A DNA stretch of 64,000 nt from an uncultured Alphaproteobacteria bacterium (GCA_963775665.1 CAVZJZ010000057.1:17036-81035); one strand, 5' to 3'; counted from the stretch's first letter, positions 11,768 through 23,004 are shown. Translations and numbers: made by a program. The notes: generated by a model not told the origin, from the sequence alone.

Positions 11768-12652
11768 AGTACCTCGATTGCGATGCAGGACGCCGCCGCG
11801 GCGGCGACGCATGAACCGTCGGGCCGCCGTCCGGGCGCGCTGGCGGGGATCGCGATCTTCGCCGTGCTGATCGTGCTTGCAGGCGTCGTCCTTGTTCCGA
11901 TTCTCGCGACGGCGCTGAACGGCTTCAAGGAGCTCGGCGACCTGCAGTCGCGTCCGTTCTCCCTTCCTCGCGTCTGGGTGTGGCGGAACTATTGGGATAT
12001 CCTGACCGGCTTCCGCTACTGGCAGGTGCTCGGCAATTCGCTGCTGATCTCGGTCCTGACCGTCTTCCTGACCCTCGCCCTGTCGTCGATGGCGGCTTTC
12101 ACCTTCGCGCATCTGCGCTTTTTCGGCGACCGCTTTCTCCTGAGCTACATTCAGCTCGGACTGATGTTTCCGCTGGCGACGGCCATTCCGCCGATTTTCA
12201 TCAGGGTCCGCGATCTCGGCCTTCTCGATTCCTATTGGGGCGTGGTGCTGCCCCAGGTCGCCTTTTCGCTCGCCATGGCCGTTCTCCTGCTGCGCAACGC
12301 GTTCAAGCAATTGCCGGGCGAACTCCTCGACGCCGCCCTGATGGACGGGTGCGGCTACTTCCGCTACTTTTTCTACATCACCCTGCCGCTCTCGGGGCCG
12401 ATCCTGTCGACGGTCGCGGTCATCTCCTTCGTCGACGCCTGGAACGGCTTCCTCCTGCCGCTCATCATCTTCAACTCCGAGTCGCGCTACCCCTGGACGC
12501 TCGGACTCATGGCCTACCAGGGCCAGTATTCGACCCAATGGCAACTGGTGCTCGCCTTCATCACGCTGACGATCCTGCCGGCGATCCTGATGTTCCTGGT
12601 GGCGCAGCGCTACATCGTCGCGGGCCTGACGGCCGGCGCGGTCAAGGGGTGA
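11760..12652 (+). CDS. Carbohydrate ABC permease
   Basis: ELLDAALMDGC..ITLPLS; C-terminal QRYIVAGLTAGAVKG. Confidence 0.92.
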
Positions 12653-12788
12653 CGCGCCCCCTTCCCTCCTCATGCGTCCGGCATCCGCAATTTAGGAGCG
12701 GCCGCACAATTTAGCACCGCGGCCCCGCATTGCCGCCGCGATGTCCGTCCGCTACCACCCGGGGCCCGTCTCGACCCAAAGGTGATGC

Positions 12789-14254
12789 ATGTCCGCCGCG
12801 TTCAAGCCGCAAGGAGCCGCCTCGAGGGGCTGGCTCAGACGCGAGCTTGGCGCGACGCTCGCGCTGAGCTGGCCGCTCGTGCTCGCCAATGTCGCGGTCA
12901 ATGCGATGACGGCGACGGACTACATGATGCTGGGATGGCTGTCGCCGCACGCGCTTGCAGCCGGCGCGCTCGGGTTCAATCTTTATATGCCGGCTTTCCT
13001 GCTCGGCGTCGGCGTCGTCGGCGCGCTCTCTCCTATCGCTGCGGCGAAAATCGGCGCCGGCGAGACGACCGAAGGACTGAGGCAAGCCACCCATCAGGCC
13101 TTCCTGTCCGCCCTCCTCGTCGCCGTCGTAACGTGGATCGGGCTGTCGCAGACGACACGGATCCTCATCGCTGTGGGCGAGCCGCCAGACCTCGCCCGCG
13201 ACGCCGGAACCTACATGCTCGGATTCCAGTGGAGTTCGCGCCGAGCCTCCTGTTTTTCGCCGGCCGCTCGGTGTTCGCCGCGCTCGAGCGTCCCCGTCCG
13301 ACGCTGATCGCCGGCCTCATCGCCGCCGGCTTCAACGCGCTCGCCAATTACGCCCTCGTCTTCGGAAAGCTCGGCATGCCCGCCTTGGGCATCATTGGCT
13401 CAGGTCTCGCGACCACGCTGTCGCAGACGCTGATGCTCGCCATCCTGATCGCGACTTCGCTGATCGACCCCCGCATGCGGCGCCTGCGCCTCTTCGCCCT
13501 TCCATGGCGGCCGAACTGGGGCGACCTTGCAGCGCTGTGGCGCCTCGGGCTGCCGATCGGAGGCACGATCATGGCGGAAGTCGGGGTCTTTTCGGCTGCG
13601 ACCCTCGTCATGGGGCTCATTGGCCGCGCGGCGCTGGAGGGTCATACGATCGCGCTGCAGATCGCATCGCTCGCCTTCATGGTCCCGTTGGGCCTGGGAC
13701 AGGCGGCGAGCGTGCGGGTCGGGCTTGCCTATGGCGCACGCGATCCCGTCGCCATTACGCGCGCGGGCTGGTCGGCTTTCGGCGTCACTGTCGTCTTCGC
13801 CCTTCTCTCCGCAACGACAATGATCGTTGCGCCACGACTCCTCATTGCGCCCTTTATCGACGTCGATGCGCCCGCCAATGCCGCGACAGTGGAATTGTCG
13901 GTCGCCCTGCTCCGGGTCGCCGCGATCTTCCAGATCGTCGACGCCAGCCAGGCGACGCTCGCCAACATGCTGCGCGGCCTGCACGATTCGCGCTGGCCCC
14001 TCATGATCGCCCTCCTCGGCTATTGGGCGATCGGCGCTCCGATCGGCGTCGCTTTGGGATTTGCGACGCCGCTCGGCGCGGTCGGCGTCTGGATCGGCCT
14101 TGCGACCGGACTTGCCGTCGTCGCCGTCCTCCTGATGGCGCGCTGGCTCGCGAAGACTCGACGTGGCTTCCTGGCGCAGGACGCCGCCCCGGACGCGGCG
14201 ATCGGGCCGAAGGTCGTCGAAGCGGCGAGGGTGAGCTCGCCGACGAGGTCGTAG
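12789..14254 (+). CDS. MATE family efflux transporter (NorM-like; frameshift near 13235)
   Basis: LSWPLVLAN, RLGLPIG, FMVPLGLGQAASVRVG, FQIVDASQ..LRG. Confidence 0.9.
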
Positions 14255-14388
14255 AGGCGATGGCCTCCTTTCCCTTCGATCATGCTGAAAGGGCCGTTTG
14301 ACGCGAGATCGCGCGCGACCTCAGAATGCCGGCTCGAATTGACGGCGATCAAAGCGGCCGGCCGAGGCCGCCCTCAAGAATGGCGCCC

Positions 14389-15381
14389 ATGTCCCAGCAG
14401 ACCGAACCCCTTGTCATCGACGTCGATACCGGAATCGACGACGCGCTCGCGCTTCTCTATGCCTGCGCCGCGCCCGAGGCCGAGATCCTCGGCGTCTCGA
14501 CGGTCGTCGGCAACGTGAGCCTCAACGCCGCGACCCGCAACACGCGGGCGGTGCTGGCGCTCGCGGGACGGGGCGACATTCCCGTCTGGCCGGGGGCCGC
14601 GACGCCGATGTCGCCCGGATCGGCAGACGCGCGACACGTCCACGGCGAGAGCGGCCTTGGCCATGCCGTGCTGCCCGAGCCGCCCGAGCCTGCGAGCCGC
14701 ATGCACGCCGTCGACGCCATCATCGCCTCCGCGCACGCCCATGCGGGCCGGCTGACGCTCGTCGCGACCGGGCCCCTGACCAATGTCGCGCTCGCGGTGA
14801 TGCGCGACCCCGAGCTGCCGAGCCTCGTCAGGCGCTTCGTCATCATGGGCGGGGCCTATGCGGAGCCCGGCAACGTGACGCCCTGCGCCGAGTTCAACAT
14901 CTGGCACGATCCCGAGGCGGCCCGTATCGTCTTTCGCGCGTTCGGGGGCGTCGGCGGGACGCCGGTGGTCGCGGTCGGCCTCGACGTCACCCGCAAGACG
15001 ACCTTCGATGAAAACGACGTCGCCGCATTCGCGGGGCGCGCGGCCGGCAAGCCGCGGGGGCCGGCGCTGACGCGCTTCATCGACGATTCGTCCCGCTTCT
15101 ATTTCGAGCGGATGGAGACATGGCATGGGCGGCGGAACCTCATCATGCACGATCCGCTCGCGGTTGCGGTCGCGCTCGATCCGACGCTCGTCGAAACCCG
15201 CCGCGCCGCCGTCGACGTCGAGACGGGCGGAAGGCTCGCGACCGGCGCAACCATCGCCGACTGGCGCGGCCAATGGGGCCGTCTCGCCAACACCGAAGTC
15301 GCCGTCTCCGTCCACGCTGACCGCGCCCGCCAGATGTTCTTCGACGCTATGCTCCGCCTCGCGGACGGGCCGGGGAAATGA
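14389..15381 (+). CDS. Nucleoside hydrolase (IU-NH family)
   Basis: DVDTGIDD, TGPLTN, MGGA..GNVT..AEFN, MHDP. Confidence 0.93.
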   Translation: MSQQTEPLVIDVDTGIDDALALLYACAAPEAEILGVSTVVGNVSLNAATRNTRAVLALAGRGDIPVWPGAATPMSPGSADARHVHGESGLGHAVLPEPPEPASRMHAVDAIIASAHAHAGRLTLVATGPLTNVALAVMRDPELPSLVRRFVIMGGAYAEPGNVTPCAEFNIWHDPEAARIVFRAFGGVGGTPVVAVGLDVTRKTTFDENDVAAFAGRAAGKPRGPALTRFIDDSSRFYFERMETWHGRRNLIMHDPLAVAVALDPTLVETRRAAVDVETGGRLATGATIADWRGQWGRLANTEVAVSVHADRARQMFFDAMLRLADGPGK

Positions 15382-15400
15382 CCGCAGCGCGTGACCGCCG

Positions 15401-16078
15401 CTACAAACGTTCGTAATCGCGGACGGTCAGGCGGCGCGCAGGCGCGTCCTCTTCGATCGGGCGCGGCGGCGCGAGCTTCGGTACAAAGTAATTGTCGGAG
15501 CGGTCGTCGTTGACGAGCGACACCTCGCCCGCGATCGCCGCGCCGCCTTCGGCCCAAAAGGCGTGCGCGACATAGGGCTCGAGGGTCAGGCTCTCGCCCG
15601 GCTCGAGCCGCACCTGATCGCCGGGCCCGAGATCGAGCACGGTCACGTCTTTCAGCGCGCGGAAGCGTTCCTTGACGGGCTGGCCCGCACGGTCGACCTT
15701 GAACAGCTCGACCACGAAGCGCGCGCCGCCGCGATTTACGATGTCCTCGGTCTTGACCACGTGATAGTGGTGCGGGGCGCGCTGGCCGTCCTGGCTCATG
15801 ATCGCCTTCTCGGCGTAGAGGCGCCCGCCCCTGGCCTCGAGTTGGCGCCAGTCGCCCATGCGCAGGGTGAAGAGGGTGAGCCCGTCGGTCGCGAAGGCGC
15901 CCGGCTTGAACTCGACGACGTTCCAGCCAAGGCCGCGCGCGGCGATGAATCCGGCGGCGTCACGATCGGCGCGAAAATGGCGCTCGCTCCACTGCGCGAA
16001 TGGAGGCAGCCTGACGCCGTGCCGTTCGCACAGCGCCAGCATCGCCTCGATGCGCGCGTCGATGAAAGAGCGCTTCAT
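15401..16078 (-). CDS. D-lyxose/D-mannose family sugar isomerase (cupin)
   Basis: MKRS start, LPPFA, YAEK, PHHYH..KTEDIVNRGG, HAFW, GEVSLVNDD..DNYF. Confidence 0.88.
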   Translation of the reverse strand: MKRSFIDARIEAMLALCERHGVRLPPFAQWSERHFRADRDAAGFIAARGLGWNVVEFKPGAFATDGLTLFTLRMGDWRQLEARGGRLYAEKAIMSQDGQRAPHHYHVVKTEDIVNRGGARFVVELFKVDRAGQPVKERFRALKDVTVLDLGPGDQVRLEPGESLTLEPYVAHAFWAEGGAAIAGEVSLVNDDRSDNYFVPKLAPPRPIEEDAPARRLTVRDYERL

Positions 16079-16153
16079 CGGGGCAAACCAGATCGGCCGC
16101 AATCCATGCGCGTCTTCCTCCCCACGTCTCGGCTGTCCTGTCTCGCGCGCGGC

Positions 16154-16690
16154 TCAGGCCTTCGCCGTCTTGGCGCGCTCGATGCCTTCCAGCACAAGCT
16201 TGCGCGCCTCCTCGGCGTCGCCCCAGCGAAGGATCTTGACCCATTTGTTGGGCTCGAGATCCTTGTAGTGAGCGAAGAAATGCTCGATCTGCTGCAGCGT
16301 GATCGACGGCATGTCCGAATAATTGTTCACACGCGCGTAGCGCTGCGTGAGCTTGGCCGAGGGAACGGCCAGGAGCTTTTCGTCGCCGCCCGCCTCGTCC
16401 TCCATCAGCAGCACCCCGACGATCTTGCAGCTCATGATGGCGCCGGGAACGATCGCTCGGGTGTTGGCGACGATCACGTCGCAAGGATCGCCGTCGCCGG
16501 AGAGCGTGTGCGGGATAAAGCCGTAATTTCCCGGGTAGCGCATCGACGTGTAGAGGAATCGGTCGACCACCAGCGCGCCGCTTTCCTTGTCCATCTCGTA
16601 CTTGATCGGCTCGCCGCCGATCGGCACCTCGATCACGACATTGACGTCATGGGGCGCGTTCTTGCCTATCGGGACTGCGTTCAAGTTCAC
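16154..16690 (-). CDS. ppa: Inorganic pyrophosphatase
   Basis: [31 protein letters not shown]. Confidence 0.97.
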   Translation of the reverse strand: MNLNAVPIGKNAPHDVNVVIEVPIGGEPIKYEMDKESGALVVDRFLYTSMRYPGNYGFIPHTLSGDGDPCDVIVANTRAIVPGAIMSCKIVGVLLMEDEAGGDEKLLAVPSAKLTQRYARVNNYSDMPSITLQQIEHFFAHYKDLEPNKWVKILRWGDAEEARKLVLEGIERAKTAKA

Positions 16691-16774
16691 CGTCGGAACT
16701 CCAGATTTGCGCGGCGCATCTCATCGCCCCGAGACGAGCGGCGGCGGAATGCGGCTTATAGGGGGATTGGCCGC

Positions 16775-17281
16775 TCAGCTAAAGCCGAAAGCGACCCGCT
16801 CTCGATCCTGCCCGCCGAAAGTCTCATGCGCCCGCCGCACGATGCGTCCGCCGAGCCGACGATAGAAGCTGATGGCGCGATCGTTTTCCGCCAGCGCCCA
16901 GACGACGAGAGACCCGTAGCCGTGGCCAGCCAGATCCTTCCGCGCCGCCTCGAACATGCGCCGACCCAGGCCGCAGCCCTGACACTCCGGCGCGAGATAG
17001 AGTTCAAAGATCTCGCCGCCGAAGCCGAGCGTCGGCACCCGGTTCTTTCCATAGCTGACATAGCCGACGACAGCCCCGCCGAATTCGAGCACAATCAGCG
17101 GCGTGCGCCGCGCGATCGCGAGCCGCCACCACGCCGGGCCGCGGCGTGCGATCATCCGCTCGAGCTCGCGTCCGGGAATGACCCCGCGATAGGCCTCGCG
17201 CCAGGCGGCGTCATGCACCGAGGCGATTTCGACTTCATCGCCAAGCCGGGCCGTTCGAATGGATATGACCGTTTCGACCAT
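16775..17281 (-). CDS. GNAT acetyltransferase
   Basis: QGCGLGRR acetyl-CoA motif; N..AISFYRRLG. Confidence 0.85.
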   Translation of the reverse strand: MVETVISIRTARLGDEVEIASVHDAAWREAYRGVIPGRELERMIARRGPAWWRLAIARRTPLIVLEFGGAVVGYVSYGKNRVPTLGFGGEIFELYLAPECQGCGLGRRMFEAARKDLAGHGYGSLVVWALAENDRAISFYRRLGGRIVRRAHETFGGQDRERVAFGFS

Positions 17282-17473
17282 GCGGTCATGTTAAGTCGTC
17301 GCGCCGCCAGGCCGCAAGGTCTTGACAGCTTGCCTCGCGGACTTTTTTGCTCGCCCGACGTTCCTCTGCTGAGTTGGCGCGGCGCGGCGCCTCGGAGTTG
17401 GCGCATTCGCGCCGGATTATTTGCATAATCGCGATTCAATCCCCAAGGTTTACGGCCTGGAGCTTTTTTGACA

Positions 17474-18283
17474 ATGACGCCGCGATCATTTTGGAGCCGC
17501 CTTGGACTATCGGTCGCAGCGATTGCGACCCTGCTCGGTTCCCCCGCCGCGCGCGCCGACGTCCTGCACGCGACCTACCGCGTTTCGCTGATCGGCCTGC
17601 CGATCGGCGCGGCCAATCTCAACGCAGACCTGAGCCCCACCAGCTATTCGATTCGGGCCGACGCGAAACTGACGGGGCTGGCGAAACTCTTCGCCAATGC
17701 GCAAGGCGCCTCGACCGGCGACGGAGCGATCGTCGGAGGCCATGTCTCGCCGGCGACTTTCGCCACCATCGCCGCGAGTTCGAACATGATCCGCACCATC
17801 CGCATGGCGCTTGCGGGCAACGCGGTCAAAGGCGTCGACATCGCCCCGCCGTTCGAGGAAAAGCCCGACCGCGTACCGCTCGGGCCGCACGACGAGCAGA
17901 ACGTCGTCGATCCGATCGGCGCCGTGATCTTTCCGGCGCCGATCTCGGGCCCGCTCGTCTCCCCCGAGGCCTGCAACCGCAAGATTCCGATCTTCGACGG
18001 CTACACCCGCTTCGACATCGATCTCACCTATGTCGGCGAGCGCAACGTGAAGGCCAAGGGCTACGACGGCCCGGTCGTCGTCTGCGCCATTCGATATGTC
18101 CCAATCTCCGGCCATCGGCGCGACCGGCCGGCGACCAAGTTCATGGCCGACAACAAGGATCTCGAGGTCTGGCTCGCTCCGATCGAGAGCGACCACATCC
18201 TTATCCCGTTCCGCGTCTCGGCCCGGACGATGATCGGCACCACCGTGATCGAGGCGTCAGAATTCCGGGTCGACGGGAACTAA
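17474..18283 (+). CDS. DUF3108-like exported protein
   Basis: Signal peptide; VVDPIGA, CNRKIPIFDGYTRFDI, YVPISGH, EVWLAP. Confidence 0.75.
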   Translation: MTPRSFWSRLGLSVAAIATLLGSPAARADVLHATYRVSLIGLPIGAANLNADLSPTSYSIRADAKLTGLAKLFANAQGASTGDGAIVGGHVSPATFATIAASSNMIRTIRMALAGNAVKGVDIAPPFEEKPDRVPLGPHDEQNVVDPIGAVIFPAPISGPLVSPEACNRKIPIFDGYTRFDIDLTYVGERNVKAKGYDGPVVVCAIRYVPISGHRRDRPATKFMADNKDLEVWLAPIESDHILIPFRVSARTMIGTTVIEASEFRVDGN

Positions 18284-18299
18284 GGCCGCGTCCGCGCGA

Positions 18300-18338
18300 C
18301 CCCCCACTCCGGCCCGCCCCCACAAGCGGGGCGGGAGC
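18300..18338. repeat. Short palindromic intergenic repeat (REP/CIR-like)
   Basis: CCCGCCCC-CACAAGC-GGGGCGGG hairpin preceded by CCCCACTCCGG. Confidence 0.5.
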
Positions 18339-18608
18339 GCTTTTCGTCGGTCAACCGCGATGTGTGAATTCGTTAGCCCGCTTTTCGTGGGAGGATAGAC
18401 GGCCGGCGCGCTTTCCTCCCGGAGAATTGGGGGGGACCGCGTGACAGCGCGAGGGAGATGAGCTCTCGGGCTTCTTAGTAAACACCTACACGTTATGCTA
18501 TATATTGCAAAGCGCATCTCTGTCGCGTAATGACGCGTTTGCGAGCTCGCCCGGTCATGATAAGGGGCCGCCTGCAAGACCGCGGCGAGGTCCTAAGAGC
18601 GAGGTCCC

Positions 18609-19386
18609 ATGAGTTCATTCCATCAGGAGCGCGTGCTGAGCGTCCGCCATTGGACCGACCGTCTGTTCAGCTTCCGCACCACCCGGACGCCGTCGTTCCG
18701 CTTCGGGAGCGGCCAGTTCGTGATGATGGGCCTGCAGGTCGACGGGCGTCCGCTGCTGCGCGCCTATTCGCTGGCGAGCGCCCATTACGACGACGAACTC
18801 GAGTTCTTCTCGATCAAGGTCCCCGACGGGCCGCTGACCTCGCGCCTGCAGCACCTGAAGGAGGGCGACGAAGTGCTGGTCGGCCGCAAGCCGACCGGCA
18901 CGCTGGTCGCTCGACGATCTGCAGCCCGGCCGGAACCTCTTCCTGCTCGGCACGGGGACAGGCCTCGCGCCGTTCTTGAGCATCGTCCGGGACCCGGAGA
19001 CCTACGAGCGCTTCGAGCGGATCGTGCTCGTGCACGGCGTGCGCAGGTCGACGAGCCTCGCCTATGCCGATTGCCTCGCCGACGAGCTGCCGAACGACGA
19101 CCATCATCGGCGAGCATGGTCCGCGACGAAGCTCATCTACTACCCGACGGTGACGCGCGAGCCGTTCCGCAACCAGGGCCGCATCCCGACCTGATCGCCA
19201 GACGGCAAGCTGTACGCGCGACATCGGCCTGCCGCCGATCGACCCGGCGCACGACCGCTTCATGCTCTGCGGCAGCCCGGCGATGCTGACCGACATGCGC
19301 GCCATCCTCGACGCGCCGGCTTCGAGGAAGGCAACCACGGCGAGCCCGGCGACTACGTGATCGAGAAGGCGTTCGTCGAGAAGTAA
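18609..19386 (+). CDS. fpr: Ferredoxin-NADP+ reductase (frameshifted)
   Basis: HWTDRLFSF, RAYS, SIKVPDGPLTSRLQ, GTGLAPF, MLCGSP, YVIEKAFVEK. Confidence 0.93.
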
Positions 19387-19419
19387 GCGGAGACGCCTGG
19401 CGTTCAGACCCGCCCTGAG

Positions 19420-19503
19420 CCCTCATCCGGCGCTTCGCGCCACCTTCTCCCGCAAAGGGCGTCGAAAGACGCCCGTCTATCGACAGGCTATGCGGGAGAA
19501 GGG
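19420..19503. repeat. REP/CIR-like palindrome carrying a 36-bp module in its loop
   Basis: CCTTCTCCCGCA (19443-19454) / TGCGGGAGAAGG (19491-19502) stem enclosing AAGGGCGTCGAAAGACGCCCGTCTATCGACAGGCTA. Confidence 0.75.
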
Positions 19504-19506
19504 AGC

Positions 19507-19956
19507 TCACTCCTCCGGCAGGACGCCCTTCTTGAAGAGAAAGCAGCCCCAGTGACGGCGCTCGCCGGTTGCGACGATGGCGAAGGCCTGGCTCGCGCGC
19601 TCGTAGAAGGCGAAACGCTCGACGCCGGCGAGCGCCAGATGCTTGCCGGTCGCGTGGTCGACCGCCTGTTGCACCTCGCGCTGCACCGGCGGCACGGCGT
19701 TGGGATCGCCGGTGACCTCGATGCGCATGGCGGGGTCCGGCACGAAACTGTCGAGGGGCATGACCGAGAGAATTGCTTCGACCGCCCGCGCCGCCGAAAC
19801 GCCCGCCATCAGGATTGGCTGGCCCGTGACCGTCGACGCGGCGGTCGAGGCGGCCGGAAAATTCGAATCCACCACCGCGATCTCGTCGCCGTGCCCCATC
19901 CGTCGCAACGCATACAAAAGGTCCGCGTCCAGCAGCGGATCGATCCCCCAGAGCAT
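19507..19956 (-). CDS. RbsD/FucU family pyranase/mutarotase
   Basis: GIDPLL..DLL..L..MGHGDEI..VDSNFP; RFAFYER..ATGE.R. Confidence 0.92.
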   Translation of the reverse strand: MLWGIDPLLDADLLYALRRMGHGDEIAVVDSNFPAASTAASTVTGQPILMAGVSAARAVEAILSVMPLDSFVPDPAMRIEVTGDPNAVPPVQREVQQAVDHATGKHLALAGVERFAFYERASQAFAIVATGERRHWGCFLFKKGVLPEE

Positions 19957-20072
19957 GACAGCCTCCCTGTTTCCTTGTCCGGACAAGATAGCGGGTTCCG
20001 ATGGCAGTCGGCAAATGGCCGCTGGCGCGGGTGGCGCGCCGAGCCCTGTAGCCGCGGTCGCTGACCGCGGTC

Positions 20073-20132
20073 GACGCGATCCATAGGGCGCCCGGAAGGA
20101 CGCCCGTCTCTCGACGGGCTCTGGATCGCGTC
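20073..20132. repeat. Second hairpin carrying the same small module
   Basis: GACGCGATCCA / TGGATCGCGTC stem enclosing TAGGGCGCCCGGAAGGACGCCCGTCTCTCGACGGGCTC. Confidence 0.7.
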
Positions 20133-20160
20133 TACAGTTTCCTCCGACCGCACCGACTGC

Positions 20161-21173
20161 CTATTGCCTCTTCCGCCTCGCCGGCTCCGGCGCGAAGCTC
20201 AACCGCCCCTTGGCCGATAGGCGCGCGACCGCGCCGCCGACATTGGCGCCGAGCGCCTGTCCTCGCGTGGAAGCCTCCCGCAGGCGGAGCGCAAGCGCCT
20301 CGATCTTCTCGAGCCCGATCCGGCTCGGGTCGCGCCCTCCGGCCGCAGCGATCCGGCGGACGAGGATGCGCTGGACGATCGCGATCGGCGCCGCGAGCAG
20401 CGACGCCGGCGTCGATCGGTCCGTTCGCGCCGAGCCGCGACCTCGACCTCGTCCGTCATCCGCTCCAGCGCTTCGTCCGCTTCCGCCGCGCGGCGCGCGA
20501 GACGCGCCAGACCTTCGGAGTCGAGGCCTTCTGCGGCGAGGCCGGCGATCAGGCTCCGCAGGCGCGGGCGGGCGTAGCGCGGATCGGCGTTCGACGTGTC
20601 CTCGACAAACGCGGAGCCGCGCGCATGGGCAAACGCGACCAGCGTGCTCTTCGCGACGCCGAGCAGCGGCCGCGCGATGGCGAGACCGTCGCGCTCGCTC
20701 ATCGGCGCCATGCCGCTGAGGCCCGCGACGCCCGACCCGCGCATGAGGCGAAAGAGCACCGTCTCCGCCTGGTCGCCGGCGTGATGGGCGGTCGACGATT
20801 GTTCGTGCCCCGATCGCCCGGCGTGCGTCCGCCGAGCAGCCGGTAGCGCGCCTCCCGCGCGCGCTCCTGAACCCGGGTCGACGGCTTCGCGCCGGTCCAG
20901 ACAAGCGTCCGGTGCGGGACGCGCGAGCCGCTCGCAGAGCCGAGCCACGCTCGCCGCCTCGGCCGCGCTCTCGGGCCTCAAGCCATGATCGACGGTCGCC
21001 GCGGCGATCCGCGTCGTTGCGCGCCGCGCCGCCCATTCGGCGGCCATCAGCAGGAGCGCGGTGGAATCGGGGCCGCCCGAGACGGCGAGAAGCGCCGAAG
21101 GGGCCGCCTCCAGCGGCGCGAGCAGCGCGTCGACCTCGGCCGCAGACAAGATCTCTTCGCCGTGGGCGCTCAC
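20161..21173 (-). CDS. tilS: tRNA(Ile)-lysidine synthetase (frameshifted)
   Basis: AVSGGPDS, VDHGLR, AHHAGDQAETVL.RL.RGSG, RPLL, EDTSN. Confidence 0.93.
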
Positions 21174-21181
21174 CGCGTCGC

Positions 21182-22192
21182 TCAGCAATGGTCCTTGGCC
21201 GCCTCGCGCTCGGCGAGCCGCTTCACCGAAGCGGTCGCGCCCGGATAGCGCTTGCCGAATTCGGCGAAGGTCGCGCAGGCCTGCTCCGAATTGCCGAGCG
21301 CGGCCAGCGTCTGGCCGAGCCGCACCATGCTTTCCGGCGCCCGCGAGCGACTTCGAGTAGTCGGTCGTGACCTTGAGATATTGCTCGGCCGCCTCGCGCG
21401 GGCGCGAGCGCTGGAAATAGGTTTCGCCGATGTAGAAGATGGCGTCGGGGGTCAGGCGATGGCCGCTGTTGGCGGCCATGAACGCCTTGAACCCGTCTTC
21501 GGCCTGCTGGTACTGGCCGGTCTGAAACGCCTGCAACGCCGTGTTGAACTGTTCGCGCGGCGCGTCGAGCATGGCGACGCCCGAGCCGGTGATCAACGGC
21601 CCGGTCGTCGGCGGAGGGGCGGAGCCCCTTGCCGAGCTCGAGCGGCGTCCCGGCGGGCGGCGGGGCGGGACGGACGAGCGGCGCGCTCGGCGCGGTCGTT
21701 CCGAGCGGCTGCGGCGCGCCGGGCGCGTTCGGCATCGGCGTTGGGGTCGAACGCGTCCGAGCGCTTCGGCTTGAGCGGCGCGGGCGCTTCGGTCTCCGAC
21801 CGCCGCCGGCGCCGTCGCCACGGCGGCCGGCGCCGGCGGCTGCGCCTGCCCGGGATGTTCGCCGAAGCGGAACTCGACGTCCTGCCGGAACTTCTGCAGC
21901 TGGTCTTCGAGACGGCGCTGGGCGTTCTCGAGCTCCTCGATCCGGCCGTTCGCCTGCCTGCAGGTCATCTTCGAGCCGGTTGATGCGCAGCGACCTGCTG
22001 CGCCGCCGCATCGGCGTCGCCGCCGGCCTCGCCCGGAATGTCGGCGGGGGGCTGGGTCTGCGACGTTTGCGGGGCCTGCCGGCGGAAAAGGTCAAGCTGG
22101 GCGCGCGCGGGCGAAACGATCGCGGCGCAAGCCAGACACGCCGCCGTCAGGCGCAGGATTCGGAGACTGATCAAGGGCGGCGGCCTTTGCAT
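21182..22192 (-). CDS. cpoB: Tol-Pal system protein CpoB/YbgF (frameshifted)
   Basis: Coiled coil (GRIEELEN..DVEFRF) plus TPR (AIFYIGETYF..AAEQYL); lies between pal and tilS. Confidence 0.88.
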
Positions 22193-22254
22193 GGATTGAA
22201 AAGCGCGGGGCCCATACGCCCCGCGGATGTCGGTTTCAAGCCCGCCGCTCCCCT

Positions 22255-22761
22255 TCAACTCGCCGGCGCGCCGTTGAGCACCGTCACCGCGCGGCGGTTC
22301 TGCGACCAGCAGGAAATGTCGTCGCAGACCGCGACCGGCCGCTCCTTGCCGTAGCTGATCGTCTTCATGCGCGAGGCGGACACGCCCTTGGCGGCGAGAT
22401 AGTCGTGCACCGTCTGGGCGCGCTGCGCGCCGAGGGCGAAATTGTATTCGCGGGTGCCCCGCTCGTCGGCGTGCCCCTCGATGGTGAAGGTGTAGCGATT
22501 GTACTGGTTGAGCCAGGCGGCCTGCTTGTCGAGCGTCGCCTGCGCGGTCGGGGTCAGATTGGTCTGGTCGGTCTCGAAGAACACGCGGTCGCCGACGGTC
22601 TGGTTGAATTCCTGCACGCTGCCCGGGCCGGCCGCGCCATAGCCCGCGCCGGCGCCGCCCGCCGCGAGATCCTGGTTGTTGCGCGCGCAGGCGCTCAAGC
22701 CCAGGCCAAGCGCGAGCGCCGCCGCCATGACCACCGAACCCCTGGACCAAACCGACGCCAT
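22255..22761 (-). CDS. pal: Peptidoglycan-associated lipoprotein
   Basis: Lipobox LSAC; IEGHADERGTREYNFALG, ISYGKERP, NRRA. Confidence 0.96.
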   Translation of the reverse strand: MASVWSRGSVVMAAALALGLGLSACARNNQDLAAGGAGAGYGAAGPGSVQEFNQTVGDRVFFETDQTNLTPTAQATLDKQAAWLNQYNRYTFTIEGHADERGTREYNFALGAQRAQTVHDYLAAKGVSASRMKTISYGKERPVAVCDDISCWSQNRRAVTVLNGAPAS

Positions 22762-22811
22762 GGCAGACTCCTGAACGAACCGCAGCCGCTGTTGACCTAG
22801 GCGCCGAAGGG

Positions 22812-22900
22812 TTAAGGCAAGGTTCCAGCAACCTTACCCGATCCCTTGCTCCCGTTTTCGTGGATCCCGGGCGACGGGCAGAGCGTTAACAGGGCGTTGA
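22812..22900. promoter_or_regulatory. CtrA-box-like sequences upstream of pal
   Basis: TTAA-N7-TTGA (22886-22900) and TTAA-N7-TTCC (22812-22826) versus consensus TTAA-N7-TTAA. Confidence 0.3.
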
Positions 22901-23004
22901 TGGCCATATTGCGGCGCCGCAAGCCTTGCGCATGCCGCGATTGACCGGCATTGTCACGGTTTCGTGAATGGACGGCCCGCGGAGGGCCATTGCTGGGACC
23001 CGGG

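Noticed and set aside
9458-12673. 1071-aa antisense ORF and other long shadow ORFs
   Set aside because: Mirror frames of real genes in high-GC DNA with no family motifs
18340-18600. Possible riboswitch or sRNA upstream of fpr
   Set aside because: AT-rich promoter-like stretch; no recognisable riboswitch consensus by eye
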